A stretch of DNA of 64,000 nucleotides from the human T2T-CHM13v2.0 reference genome, Homo sapiens, in the NCBI RefSeq assembly GCF_009914755.1, contig NC_060927.1, one strand, 5' to 3'. Each line of letters starts with the position of its first letter. The first letter of the stretch is position 1. Below the pieces are notes generated by a model. The model was not told the origin of the DNA and ran no database searches. It saw nothing but the letters and a program-made list of their open reading frames with translations. Position numbers and translations under genes: made by a program. Positions 27,156 to 62,741 of the stretch are shown one piece after another.

Positions 27156-27601
27156 TTTTAGAAAGCTCAGGTTTATGATGTGATGGAGAATGCCCACAAG
27201 AGCTCTTGTTTTAAACGGTAGAGTGAACATACACTGGAATTCTATCCTGCTTGACACAAGCTCTTGATAGCGAAAGGTAGAAAAGATAGATGGTAAATGG
27301 ATAGATAGATGATAGATAAAGAAAATACATAGCTGTTCCAGAAAACAGAAATGGATAACTTCATGAACCAAAAGCAGAGTAATATACTTTAGAAAGGAAG
27401 CAGGCCGGAAAACCCACAGTTGCAAAACAAATAGAATTTCCAACTGCCTCTTGTAGCCCCTTCCTGGAAGTAGTCACAGCCCGGGGTGTTCAACTTCTTC
27501 CTCTGTTTTTTGTTTGTTTGTTGTTTGCTTTTCTGTGGGGTTTTTGTTGTTGTTGTTTGCTTTTAAAAAAAAAATTCCCTTTCCCTGCTTTTTTGTCACA
27601 G

Positions 27602-27700
27602 CAGCCTTTGTCACTTCAAACACCGCAAGTGTTCTTTTAAAAAAATTATATCAACCTTTCAATTCAAATGCAACATGTCTGAAACTTGGTATCTGGAGAG
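27602..27700 (+). other. Candidate non-coding exon
   Basis: Long polypyrimidine tract with cacag|cag (NAGNAG) acceptor and consensus GAG|GTGAGT donor. Confidence 0.4.
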
Positions 27701-29607
27701 GTGAGTTGGACAAAGGAGCCCTTGTTACTGCACGTTTTCATTCTTCAAATTTCACCTTGCACGCAGTAACAGACAGTGCACAAAGCCACTTCCTTATGGA
27801 CGGAAATTCTGAAATCCTTTTATGCCTGGCCTTTCCATCCTTCAACTTCCCCTCTCCCACGCTGTGAATGATTGTATTGGACATTTTTGTTTTAATGTCA
27901 GTGACAGGGGAACACAGGTAGCTCTAATATAGCTGTGACCCAGATGCTTCTGTTTCTAGCATGTATTTATTTTGTAGCAAACATTTACATCCATGATGTT
28001 TCACTGTCTTTTGAAAATAATTAGGCAATATCTCATCTGAGGTAGGATGTTTCTAGGGGTTGTGTTCTGAGGGAGGAAAACTAATCTGTTCTCTTTCCAC
28101 TGCATTCTAGGAACAGTAAGAGGACCTTGTGCATGAATAATTTGTTTCCACACTACAGAGTGGGTAATAAGCAGATTAGTAAAAACAATTCTGCTTCACT
28201 TCAATAACAGCCTCCTCCAACTCATTTTTTCTCAACAAACTTATTTTTCCAGCAGAAGAATCCCAGACTTCTTAGAGAACCCAGTGACTTTTTGCAACTT
28301 AAATCTGTGAAATCCTTATGTTTTCTTCTGCCGTATCCATAGTTCAAACAAAGATGAGGCAAAGCTAGACGCATTCCTGAAGGAACCCAAGAAATTCCTC
28401 TCTTTCTTTCTCTGGAATGAAATGAATTCTCTAGACCACCAGTTCTAACCTTCAAAAACCAAACCTGTTTGTGAGATCTCCTTCAAATACTACTGTAGAC
28501 CCCAGTGTTTATTCATTAAATTTTTTAAATATTTGTTTTATTTGGAATCCATGTATTTGTAATTTTAGTGTTTGTATTAATATCAGGGAGAAATGTTTAA
28601 ATCTGTCTTATGCCATATGTGCCTCTGGCTTATTGCCCAATTAATTGTAGTCTCAGGCTAAACTTTGGTTTCTGTCTTTAATTTTTGTCAGAAGAAATAT
28701 AACTGATCTCAAAACATCTGCTTTTATTGTAGGGGCTTGTGCTGCCGTCTCCATTCTTCTCTCTTTTCTTGCAATCTGGGTGGAAGTTCTTTAATATGAA
28801 CATTTCAACCACCTTCATTCTACCATGTCCACTATCAGCACATTCAAACTGATCCAGCCAAGGCTGTCATCTTAGGCCAGGGATTTTTTAGGAATCTATT
28901 TTGCTGTGATGCGGCTGGCACCCCTTTGACTCACTGTATCACCCCAGGGTTCTTTTCATTTCAGAAGCCCAAGAGGGCAGAAAAAGAAGTAGGTGAGCAA
29001 TTAAACACTCTGAGTCAGGAGCGTCTCCCCTTGCGTTAAGCAATGTTGTAGAACATCGATGTTCTACATCGATGTTGGCGACCTTGGTACCATTTTGTCC
29101 ACTTGATTGGAAAAGCCAGTCAATAATTTCAGGTCACTGTTGGCCTTAGAAGAAGAGCCCAAAGGCAACAAGCAAAGGCGCTGGTGTCCAGTCGCCTTCT
29201 AGAAGCATTTTCACTTTCCCTTAAGGTTTCCCTTGATGAACATAGAAGTACTGTATGTAGAATTGACCCAGTGCTGCCCTGGCAACTTTGTATATTAGGC
29301 CAAATTTACATTTCTTACCTTTATGAGAGGCACCCTGGTAGGCTAGTGGAGTTACACACAAAGTCTGATCTCAGCTGCACTGTCCAGAAATGCAACACGG
29401 TCCAATCAAATAACATTCTCTGAGCCTGTTTCTTTAGCTGTGAAAGAAGAATAACATACCCATCTAAAAAGGCAGCTTATTGTATTTGATTGGTCTTTTA
29501 TTTTCTATGAAACTGTGTTTAACACAGTAATTATTTTCATTTGTGTACTACATTTGTGTTGTGTTTTTGGTTTTAGTTTTGTTTTTGAAATGGAGTCTTT
29601 TTTTTAG

Positions 29608-31463
<1,856 letters not shown>

Positions 31464-32007
31464 AGCTCTATTTCTTTAAGCCTACATGTTTTGCACTTGT
31501 TAAAAGTATTTGAACATACAATTACTCAGCTTCCCTTGTTTACGCGTGAATTTTGTAGAATCTTAAATATTTTTTCCAATCTAAGCTTTATTTTATCCCG
31601 TTTCTTCTATATTTGTATAACTTTAGGTGGCTATCTTCATTGAAAGTTTTTTCTCAAAAGCCTTAAGATAGAACATAGTTCTTGGCAGCAATTTGAAAGT
31701 TATTTGAGGAGAAGGGGAGACTTACAATGATGATTCAAATGAAGGAAACTAAAAAGTAATGAAGCAAGGCAGAGGAAAAAGCAGTACTCACTTGAGCACA
31801 TCCCAAAAGAATAACATTTCAAATGTAACTAGAAAAAAGTATGCTGAAGTTCGCAATACAGAAATAATTATTAATAAGATAGCTTTAAAGCCCTGCTCAG
31901 CTTTTGAATGTTGGGAATTGACCCAGAGGTGGCTGTAACCTAAGATGGTTCCTTCAGTAATGACCATTTTTTCTTTTTCAAGATGATGATTATTCCCCAC
32001 CTTCTAA

Positions 32008-32223
<216 letters not shown>

Positions 32224-32710
32224 TAAAGCCAGGAGCATTTTACAAGTCACGTTACAGACATTGTTTAAACATAGTCTGTATTTACCAAAGTATAGGACAT
32301 TGTATCATCTCATATTAATTAGTTAGTTGGCTCAAAATTAGTGCTAATGACTTAGTAATTCAGTGATTTCTGTTAGCTTTAAAACCTTTATTTCAGAACT
32401 ATTTCACCTCTTGGTTTTCATTTTTGTGGTGTGTCACTGCCTGCCGGCTGCTAATTTATTAACTCCCAGTGAATCATGTCCTGTGAAGGGACTGAATATT
32501 AGTGGCAATTTATGTTGATGATTTGTATTTTGAATAAATAGTTTGAATACATAGAACATTAAGCTTGTATACATTTTGAAAATAGTATTTTAATATTCTA
32601 CTGTGTCATAGTTACAATGATTGGATATATGTTGAATTTATATGTACTTTAAGTTGTTCTATGTTTATGGTCTTTAGCATTCTAACGTGCAATTGTATAT
32701 CTGTTAAGTC

Positions 32711-37359
<4,649 letters not shown>

Positions 37360-38049
37360 CTGTAAAGTCTTATTTCACACAGCTGAGACATGTTTTAGGA
37401 AGTTTGCTAAAAGACCCCTGGAGACCGCCTCATTGTGACCTCCCTGTTATTGTGTTTAATTTGATTGAACTTTTCTGCCCTCCTGCTTTTCAGCTTCTCT
37501 AATAGTCTCCCATTAAACCAATTCTAAGAACCACCAAGAAGGGGAAATTTTTTCTTGAAAGCAGTAAAATGATATGGACTGTTAGAATGTAAAATATATG
37601 AAATCAGTCATTATACGTTAGTGCTGCTCTGACATAGGGACGTGTTATTGAGAAGCAACTTTTGCTTGGTTTTCAGAGAAATGGAATCATCGTATCGCTG
37701 ATCTACGTAAACAAACTGAAGAATTGTCTGAAAGAAAATATGGTATGTCTAAACTGGAAAAGTCTTGTAATCTTATGTTCATGGGCGTTTACACAGTGGA
37801 GTTACTGTTCATCATGGGGGTACCGTGGACAAGCCCAGGGCTGCCGGCGAGTCATGCCATCCTTACATGTTTCTCCTTGTAAGGTGCTTTGTAGTGTCTA
37901 CACACTTTGTTTCTAGATTGCTGCAAAGCTGAGGAAAAGTTGTATTTCTTTAGTTATTAGTTAGCATTTCTTTTAAACTTTCAGTATGGAGATTGGAAAT
38001 TTATTTACATATTTATTGCAAAGCCCTGGATCTTAGGAATTTCATTGAA

Positions 38050-42114
<4,065 letters not shown>

Positions 42115-43150
42115 TAGGTGAGAGCCCATATATGATTTTCCTAGTTTCTCCTCCCCCTTTGCTTTTTGCTCTCTTGTTAGTATATTAATTGTTTTCACTC
42201 TCTGAATCTTTTTTCCCCATTTCTTTGGCAGTCATTTTTACTTGTCTTGGAAGAGTAGGTGAAGAGCTGTTTTTAGGACTCTTTGAAAGGGTACAGTATG
42301 GGTGTCAGTCTTGGCTAATGGTAACATCCAGGGAGCTGGGGTCAGCGTGAGCTGGAATCAGTTCAAATTAGCAAAGCACTGGCACTCAGTGGCAGGAATA
42401 CAAGTGACTGCAAAGTGTTAAACACATCTGGAAAGGGATACTGACATCATCCTCAGAATCTGTGGGGAGTTCACATAGCCAGTTAGGACCCATTCTTCTT
42501 TGACCCTATAAAGATTCTTTAAAGAATAAATACCCTTAGTGGTTTTCTAGCCAGCTTGCCTGCTCATTTATCTTTGAGGACGACATGCCTTGTGGAGCTC
42601 CACAGGCCCCAGAGGGGTATGGATTCTGCATTTAAAAGTGCTGAAGCTGAGAGACTGGGTCTTGGTGGACCCCGAGAGGTCTGTTTCTCCTCTACTCATT
42701 GTTCCTTTTTTTCCCAACAGCTGGCATTGCTGTTTAAATGGGTTGTTCTTTGCTGTTTTAAGTTGTTTCATAGTGGTGTGTCAGGATTTGGGTTTTCTTA
42801 ATACTTTCCAAGCTGGTGACTTGAGTGGTGGTTAGGGAGGAAATGTTTTAGGGCTGTTCTGGAGCTATTGAGGTCAGGTGTCTAGATACTCCCAGCTTGT
42901 CTGTTGAGGAGAATGCTGTTCTCATTGTGCTGCCTTTGGTGGTGCTGTGTGTGGCTCTTTAGATGTGCGTGGAGGTGAGCTGGGGGAGTTAATGAGATCT
43001 TTTTTAGGTGCTTTTGATAAAGTAGCCTGCACTACAGGATTCACTGTGACTTTTTTCCTTAACCTATGCATTTCTCTCTGCTAGCTTTTGCTGTCTTTCT
43101 CATGCCTTTGATTTTCCCAGCTCCTCTTAGTTGAATTAACCTAAGTGCTC

Positions 43151-43745
43151 TGCTATGGTTTAAATGTGTCCCCCAAAGTTTATGTGCTGGAAACTCAATC
43201 CTCAATGCAACAGTTGGGATGTGGGGCCTAATAAAATAGCCTTCATGAATGAGTTAATGTTGTTATTGTGGTAATAGATTAGTAATCACAGAGTGGGCTT
43301 ATTATAAAACAGAGTTCAGCCCCTTTTGCCCTCTTGCTTTCTTGCACTCTCTTTTCCTTCTGCCTTCTGTAGTGGGATGATGCAGCAAGAAGACCCTTAC
43401 CAGATGCAGGCCCCTCAACCTTGGACTTCCTAACATCCAGAACTGTTAAGAAATAAAATTTATTCCTTTCCTTTCCTTTTCTTCCTCCTTTCCCTTCTCT
43501 TCCCTTTTCTTCCCTTCCCCTCCCTCCCTCTCTCTCTCCCTCCCTCCCTCCTTCCCTCCCTTCCTCCTTCCCTCTTTCTCTCTTTCCCTTCCTTCCTTTC
43601 CTTCTTTCCCTTCCTTCCTTTCCTTCCCTCCTTCCCTTTTTCCCTCCTTCCCTCCTCCCTTCCTTTTTTCTTTCCTTCCTTTTTTCCTTTTTATAAATTA
43701 TGCAGTCTGTGGTATTCTTTTATAGAAGCATGAAATGGACAAAGA
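43151..43745 (+). mobile_element. MST (MaLR) LTR interrupted by a CT-rich tract
   Basis: tgctatggtttaaatgtgtcccccaaag...ccagaactgttaagaaataaa...[CT tract]...tataaattatgcagtctgtggtattc. Confidence 0.8.
43463..43692. repeat. About 230-bp pure polypyrimidine low-complexity tract
   Basis: (cctt/ccct/ct)n. Confidence 0.95.
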
Positions 43746-46282
43746 CTCCATTTTCAAGAGCAAGCACTTTTGTAGTTTCTGAGCGAACTATGACTGCAAA
43801 GGAAGTTCTATAGGTAGCCTCAGATCCACTACCTAGGAAGCATGCCACCAAGCAGACCTAGGATCTAGGATTTGATCAAGTGCTGGGCAACATGATACCT
43901 CTGCAATTTAGCACTTCCCTATATACCTCCAGTTGGCTCAGCCCATTAGGGCTAAAACTACCCCTCATATCCTAGTGTCTCTTGTAGGCAGAAGCCTTGC
44001 CTAAACCCTAAGCTGCTTGGCTCACATTCTGTCTTGTGCTTTTTTTGTAGGGGGTTCAAATATACACAAAAGAAATATGTTGAACCTCCATGCACCCAAC
44101 CCGCAGCTTAAGCAGTTACCTCCATTTTTCCAGATTTGTTTCATCTGCTTCAATCTCCCTAAAAATTTATGTTTGTACAGGAAAGACTGAATAAATAGCT
44201 AATTCTCCACCCTACCTCTCATCTTAAGTCACTTTTCAGAGTAGTAAGTTAGTGACCTAGTAACCTTCCCTCTAATGACCAGTAGTTTTTTTTTCTGAAT
44301 ACCATTATGAACTCATAGATTATTGTTTGCATTTGATGTATTTCAGGCCATTGCAGTCTTTATTGTTTTGGATGCTTACATTGTCTCATCTAGGTTAATA
44401 ATTATCTCTTCAAGTTGACTTTCATGTCTTTTTGACGTGATCCTGTTGGACTTTGATGGCTTCCTTGCTTTCTGGCAAAACAGATGTTCCAGGATCAATA
44501 TACTGCACCATACATGGAGTCAGCCATTTCTCTAGGGAACCTTGATTCCTTTTAGTAGAGAACACAGTTTGAGGTCTTGGACTGAATGACTTTTGTGAAC
44601 CTCCTCTCCTGAGACTACAGCCTGCATCCCTGCATATAGCCCGTTTGGAGCTCTTGCTGGGCACCAACAGATCTCCTAAAACTGCTATATAGTTCTGCCT
44701 CACTCTTACAAAGATTCATCTCTTGAGAGTTTTGTGCTCTACCCCCAGATGTGGTCTTTCTGGTTATGAAGCTTTTGCTTCAGTCACCCTGAATTTTGCC
44801 AGCCCTATGCATGCTATACCTTGGATTGCCAACTTGCCCTCACTGAAGCCAGTTTCTCTGGTTAGAATAGTTGCCCAAACCCATGCCTAATACTCTAGTA
44901 AACAAGGTTCTACCTGGGCTTAGGTTAACTTTTGCTCCTTTGGGCCCTGTGTTCTACCAGCATTCCATTTATCTGAAACTCTCCCTCACCTTAAGAACTT
45001 ATCTGTTCTTTAATGATTTACTGCTGCTTCCTGGGCTCGAAAGAACCCAGTTCAGGAGTTTCTGTTTTAGTTTGAGATCTTATAGGCCTGTCTCATCAGG
45101 TTGGTGTCAGCCCAGCTAGGATTAGGCAGAATTGGGTGGGGGCTGTAGTGCATTTTTGGCACAGCATGTACCTGTCTGACTAATTCTCTGTCTTTTCTTT
45201 CCTGTTGCAATTCATGGGTCTTAGCATCTTCTGAATGGTGTTTAGTAGGTCATCCTGTTGATTTCCTGCTAGGGAGTAGCATACTCTGGCCCTGTACCAT
45301 TGGCCAAGGGACTTAAGGATAGATGAAGGGCTGCAGTTTTGTTAAATGGAACAATATGAAGAGATGGCATTGTTAAAAAAAAAAAAAAAAAGGCTTGGCA
45401 GCATGGCCCATTTGAATGGTTGGTCCTTGGCTCCTTTGTTGATATAGGCAGATCCTTGATGGGAATTTGGAATGATCCCAAATATTGTAGATCACTGGTA
45501 CATCAAGTCATCCTCAAGGTTGTCTGTGTAACAGTCTTGAATGATATTTTGTCAGTCTTTGGAGAGTCTCTGTATAGGGTTTAATCATTTAGTTATTTCA
45601 GTTGAGCCTGTTTAGTTTCTTTGCAAGGAGATAAGAAATGTGAAAGAGATGCAGACATTAGGGAAAAAAAGTCAGGAGCCTTGTTTCCCCATCCTCTACT
45701 TGGGTTCTGGAACTAGACTCATAGGTGAGTAGTGAGGAGCTGGGCCCAAGCACATTAATCCTAGATCTAGCTCTGCTTTGCCCTCGCTCCAGTTCTTGTA
45801 TCAAATTCACTTCAAGCCACCCAGAGTAGTATGTAGAGGAGTCATTCAGGACCATGCTCATACTTCATTGTATCAAATGGGAGATCCAGTAATTTATAGC
45901 CTATTGTTTCTGGAGCCTGGAGATGGCTCTGCATAAGATTTGCCGAAGCAAATTTTATTACATTAGAAGAGAACCTAGCTGGCTGCATCCTACACTGGAA
46001 GCTTTTAGATGCTAATAAGGAGGTCATGTAAAGGTCACAGAATGACTCTGGAATCCATTCCCGGCCAAGAAAGAATAATGACATTCTATGTTGGCCTCTT
46101 TTCATTTCCCTTTGGTTTTGAGTAATAAATTCTCTCCTCACTTCCCAGTCGAACTGTTTGGGAGTCTCTATTCCCTAGAAAGACTCTGGTCACATACCCA
46201 TCAGATTAAATTAGGTGAAAACTCTTTGGCCTTCATGAATGTTGAAGGATTTCAAAGGGCTAATGGAAATTCTTCTAGAAGT

Positions 46283-49887
<3,605 letters not shown>

Positions 49888-50901
49888 TTAGATGGGAATA
49901 TTGCTCAAGCCCTGGAGGTTGAGGCTGCAGTTAACTGTGATTGCACCACTGCAGTCCAGCCTAGGTGATAGAGCAAGACCCTTTCTCTAAAAATAAAATA
50001 AAATAAAAATTAACCTTCTATCATATTTCCCAGTAACACCTTCCCTCCTACATTTCTCCTAGAAGCCCTTAAATTTTGTTTTTCACATATCGTTTAAAAC
50101 TTTTAAGTGCTGATGTCTGTCTGTGTCATCCCTCTTTTTTTTTTTTTTTAAATGTCTTTTTGTCACTTCTAGCTGGACCTACCATGAAAGACTTCTGAAT
50201 CCAGGAAGAGAAACTGACTGGGCAACATGTTATTCAGGTACAAAAAGACTTGGACTGTAACTCAAAAATGATCAAATAATAGTGCATGCATCAAGTGCAA
50301 TCGGAAGCTCTTCTGGAGAGGGAGAGAAGCTTCCAGTTAAGGTGACATTGAAGCCAAGTCCTGTAAGATAAGGAAGAGTTGTATGAGAGTGGGGAGGGAA
50401 GGGGGAGGTGGAGGGATGGGGATTGGGCTGGGATGGGATGGAGTGAGCTGCCCAGGCAGGGAAACCAGCACTATACAGACCTGAACAATGAAGATGGCAC
50501 ATTTTGTTCAGGGTATGGTGAATTAAGTGTGGCAGAAATGCTTTGTAGAGACAGTAATTTGCCTGTATGGAATTTTGCCCAAGAGACCTCATTACAGTTT
50601 CTAATTTTTTGATGTTATCATGCATCACTGCCCTTGTCAGATAGTATCATGATCACAATAACATCAAGCATAATATTTCATTGATTCTCACAAAAACAGG
50701 TGGGTGCCACAGTTATCCCCATTATATGCACAAAATGATGAAGACTTGGGGTTAATGAGCGATTTGCCCAAGCTCACCTGAATATTAGGACTGAGTCAAA
50801 TGTTAGTCTGGTCTGACTTTAATGCTTGCCTTGTTCATGAGCACCATGCATTGCCTCTCCTATTAAGTTAAGCAGGTAGACAGGTGAGAGAAGAGCCAGT
50901 G

Positions 50902-51966
50902 TGATATCGGGGGAAATTCACCCCTGATATTTCATGTAGGTTCTTTTCTATTTTCCCTGAGTGTCAGCCAGTCTGAGAAATAAAGGGAAAGAGTACAAAA
51001 GAGAGAAATTTTAAAGCTGGATGTCCAGGGGAGACATCACACGTCGGCAGGTTCCGTGATGCCCCCCAAGCCGCAAAACCAACAAGTTTTTATTAGTGAT
51101 TTTCAAAAGGTGAGGGAGTGTACGAATAGGGTGTGGGTCACAGAGATCACATGCTTCACAAGGTAATAAAATATCACAAGGCAAATGGAGGCAGGGCAAG
51201 ATCACAGGACCACAGGACTGGGGCGAAATTAAAATTGCTAATGAAGTTTCGGGCGCGCATTGTCATTGATAACATCTTATCAGGAGAAAGGGTTTGAGAG
51301 CAGACAACCCATCTGACCAACATTTATTAGGCGGGAATTTCCTTGTCCTGATAAGCCTGGGAGCGCCACGCGAACCCAGGGCTTATTTCATCCCTTATCT
51401 ATGACTGTAAAAGACAGCCGTCCCCAAAGCGGCCATTTCAGAGGCCTCCCCTTAGGGATGCATTCTCTTTCTCAGGGATGTTCTTTGCTGAGAAAAAGAA
51501 TTCAGCAATACTTCTCCTATTTGCTTTTGAAAGAAGAGAAATATGGCTCTGTTCAACCCGGCCCACAGGCAGCCAGAGTTTAAGGTTATCTCCCTTGTTC
51601 CCTGAAATTGCTGTTATCCTGTTCTTTTTTCAAGGTGCCCAGGTTTCATATTGTTTAAACAACTTGTGCAGTTAACGCAATTATCACAGGGTCCTGCGGG
51701 GACATTCATCCTCAGCTTACGAAGATGAGCGGATTAAGAGATTAAAGACAGGCATAGAAAATCACAAGGGTATTGATTGGGGAAGTGATAAGTGTCCATG
51801 AAATCTTCACAATTTATGTTCAGAGATTGCAGTAATGACAGGCCTAAGAAATTATAGAAGTATTAATTTGGGGAACTAATAAATGTCCATGAAATCTTCA
51901 CAATTTATATTCTTCTGCTGTGGCTTCAGCCAGTCCCTCCGTTTGGGGTCCCTGACTTCCTGCAAC
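50902..51966 (-). mobile_element. MER11 (HERV-K11/HML-8) solo LTR
   Basis: Reverse complement starts TGTTGCAGGAAGTCAGGGACCCCAAACGGAGGGACTGGCTGAAGCC...AAATTGTGAAGATTTCATGGACA (internally repeated); about 1.07 kb. Confidence 0.9.
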
Positions 51967-53440
<1,474 letters not shown>

Positions 53441-53444
53441 CTTT

Positions 53445-55850
53445 TCTTATATCGGAGACAGAGTCTCACTCTGCCACTGAGGCTGGAGTGCAGTGATGTG
53501 ATCATAGCTCACTGCAGCCTTGACCTCCTAGGCTAAAGCAATCCTCCCACCTTAGCCTCTCCAGTAGCTGGAACTACAGGCATGCATCACCATGTCCAGC
53601 TGATTTTAATTTTGTAAAGGCAGGATCTTCCTATTTTCCCCAGGCTGATCTCTAACTCTTGGCCTCAAGCAATCCTTCCTCTTTGGCCTCCCAAAATGTT
53701 GGGATTACAGATGGGAGCCCCCATACCCACCAATCACAAGGATCTTTATAAGAGAATGAGGTAGGAGAGTCAGAATTAGAGAAAGTGATGTGGTAATGGA
53801 AGAAGAGGTCAGAGAGGGAGATTTGAAGATGCTGCACTTCTGGCCTTGAATATGGAGTCACGAGGTAAGTCAAGGAATGGGGGTGGCTTCTAGAAGCTGG
53901 AAAAGGCAAAGGAGCACATTCTGTCTAGAGCCTCCCCCAGAAGGAATGCAGCCTCTCTGACACCTTGACTTTAGCCTTAATAGACCTAGTTGGGCTTCTG
54001 GCCCCCAGAACTGTAAGATGGTAGATTTGTGGTGTTTGATGCCACTAAATGTAGGGTACTTTGTTGTAGCAACAACAAAAAATGAACACGAAGCTGGGAC
54101 CTCATGTTACAGTTGCTCACGCCTGTAATCCCAGAACTTTAGGAGGCTGAGGTGGGAGGATCGCTTAAGCCCAGGAGCTTAAGACCAGCCTGGGCAACAT
54201 AATGAGACCTCATGTCTAAAAAAAATATTTTTTTAAAGGCCAGGCGCAGTGGCTCACGCCTGTAATCCCAGCACTTTGGGAGGCCGAGGAGGGTGGATCA
54301 CGAGGTCAGAAGTTCAAGACCAGCCTAGCCAAGATGGTGAAACCCCATCTCTACTAAAAATACAAACATTAGCCAGGTGTGGTGGTGGGTGCCTGTAATC
54401 CCAGCTACTTGGGAGGCAGAGAATCACTTGAACCCAAAAGGCAGACATTGCAGTGAGCCAAGATCGCACCCTTACACTTCAGCCTGGGCGACCGAGACTC
54501 CGTCTCAAAAAAAAAAAAATAAAAGCCATGTGTTGTGGCATGCAGCTGTAGTCTCAGTTCCTAGGGTGGCTGAGGCGGGAGGATTGTTTAAGCCTGGGAG
54601 GTTGAAGTTGCTGTGAGCTGTGATTGCACCAGTGTACTCCAGCCTGGGCAATAAAGCAAGATCTTGTTTCAAAAAGAAAGAAAGAAATGAGCATGGTGGG
54701 AATGGGGACAGATGGCAGTGTTAAGTAGAGTGGTCAGGGTTGGCCTCATAAGTGAATATTGAGCAAAAGTTTGAAGCAGGTGATGGAGCTGGCCAAGGTG
54801 CTGAGGGAAGAGCATTGTAGGCTGAGTCAACAGGATAAAGGCATTAGGAGGAAACTCTCTGGTGTGTCTGAGGCTCTGGAAGGAGGCCAGTGGAGCAAAG
54901 AGATGGAGCGAAGTCAGCGAGGAGGCCAGGGAGTTGCTGGGCTGGGATCGGTACAGATCGTGTAAGCCCTGGGACGCTATTGCTGGGGCTTTGGCTTTTG
55001 CTCTGACTAAAATGGGAACCACCGAGGGCTTCTGAGCAGAGAGGCGACATGATCCGTCTCCTGATTTAAAAGCACGACCTGGCTGCCGAGTTGAGAAAGA
55101 CTATGGGAAGATTTGGGTAGAAGCATGGGAGCCAAGCTGTGGCAACATCCCGGTGGGAGATGATAGTGATCCTGACGGGGTTCATGGTGGTGGTGAGAGA
55201 TGGTTAGAGCCTGGATACATGTTGAAGTCAGTCAGTAGGATTTCCTGACAGACTGGATGTGAGCTGTGAGAGAAGGCAGTGGTCAAGGTTGAGTTTGATT
55301 CTGATTGAATTATTAAGTAATTTTAAAAAACACTACTGCTTTTCCCAATCCTACCAAGTAAAGGATGCTAGATAAAAGAAATCCCAAGTCAGGCCAGGTA
55401 CAGTGGCTCACACCTATAGTTCCAACAGTTTGAGAGGCAGAGGAGATGGGAGTATGTTTTAAGGCCATGAGTTTGAGAGCAGCCTGGGCAACACAGCAAG
55501 ACCTCCTCTCTACAAAAATAAAAAAAATAAATTTAATAAAAGAAAATAAATATAGCCAGGCATGATGGTATGTACCTATGGCCCCAGTTACTCATGTGGC
55601 TGAGATGGGCAGATCTCTTGATTCTAGGAGTTTGAGGCCAGCTTGGGCAACATAGCAAGTCTTCTCTCTCTACAAAAATGAAAAAAATGCCTGACATGGT
55701 GATACTTGCCTGTATTCCCAGGTATGGGGGCAGCTGAGGCAGGAGCATCTCTTGAGCCCAGTTGGTCAAGGTTGCAGTGAGCTATGATTATACCACTGCA
55801 CTCCATCCTGGGTGACAGAGTGGGACCCTGTCTCAAAATACAAATACAAA
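53445..55850. mobile_element. AluJ 53445-53722(-), MLT1 about 53730-54088(+), Alu cluster 54090-54687(+), L2 about 54690-55290, Alus 55392-55850(+)
   Basis: MLT1 phrase agaagctggaaaaggcaaagg...agaactgtaaga; L2 phrase gtaggatttcctgacagactggatgtgag; Alu consensus. Confidence 0.8.
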
Positions 55851-56282
55851 TGAAATCTCAAGTCAGACCAGTCCCTTCTAGGCTATGTAGGCCTTGTAAC
55901 CATACAGCTGCATGATCGGGTTTGTGTGGCTGTGGATGAGGAGACCCCTGTCCAATTGTTGGCTATGTAATCAGTTTATTTTTCAATATAGTAATCAAAT
56001 ATATTTCATCATACTTGATGGTCTCAGATATGTGTGGATTTTGGAATTCCCCTTGGAACAGGTTGTAACATCTTATTGGCTCCATAATTCCATAATTTTT
56101 TAAATCGGATCAGTTTTTAATAAGATCGCAATTTATATTAGACTACTTAATCGGTTTTGTTAATGAGAAAATGAAATTGTGTTGTTTGCATTTTATCCAA
56201 GATGGGTGTCATATTGGGTAAATCTCATCAATACTTGAACAAATGCAAAATTAGAGCTTCTTTATCATGAAACACGATGTAA

Positions 56283-61772
<5,490 letters not shown>

Positions 61773-62119
61773 CTCATTCTAGTTTAAACTTTTGAGTGGT
61801 TTGTGTCTCCTGATTGGACTCCTACAAATACAGAATTGATGCTAGGAAGGGTACCAGGAGATAGACGCACACAGATGGGATTTGGGAATAGGTTTGGTTA
61901 TCCAAGGAGCAGTGCTGAGCTCCTTGCAATGGGATATGGGATGCTGGTGATTTCCAGGATGTGAGCTCACAATGACTCAAGCTGCCACATACTGTTGATT
62001 GTGAAATGCCAGTTGAAGCATATGTCCTGCGAGCTTAGGGGTGCTACAAGTTGACCACTGCAGCAGTAAAGATGACTCTGAAGAATGGCGTGGGTTGGTT
62101 CCTTTCAAATGCACTTGAG

Positions 62120-62565
62120 CAGCGGTCTCCAACCACAGGGCCACAGAGCTGGAGGTGAGCAGCAGGCGAGTGAAGGGAAACTTCATCTGTATTTCTAGCC
62201 CCTCCCATCGCTTGCATGACCACCTGAGCTCCATGTCCTGTCAGATCAGCAGCAGCATTAGATTCTCACAGGAGCACAAACTCTGTTGTGAAGTGTGCAT
62301 GCGAGGGATCTAGGTTGTGTACTCCTTATGAGAATCTAATGCCTGATATTCTGTTACTGTCTCCCATCACCCCAGATGGACAGTCTAGTTGCAGGAAAAC
62401 AAGCTCAGAGATCCCACTGAGTCTACGTTATAGTGAGTTGTAGAATCATTTCATTATATATTACTATGTAGTAATAATAGAAATAAAGTGCACAATATAT
62501 GTAATGCACTTGAATCATCCTGAAATTATTCCCTCATTCCCAGTCTGTGGAAAAATTGTCTTCCA
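62120..62565 (+). mobile_element. MER1A hAT-Charlie DNA transposon
   Basis: tgtcagatcagcagcagcattagattctcacaggagc...ctccttatgagaatctaatgcctgat...gtggaaaaattgtcttcca. Confidence 0.85.
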
Positions 62566-62741
62566 CACATTCACTCTGTTTTTTGGTAGAGGCAGGGTCT
62601 TAATATATTGCCCAGTCTGATCTCAAACTCCTGGCCTCAAGTAATATACCTCTCTCAGCCTCCCAAAGTGCTGAGATTACAGGCATAAGCCACCACCCTC
62701 AACCAAGACTTTCTTAAACCAAATAAAAATTAAGTGAGATT

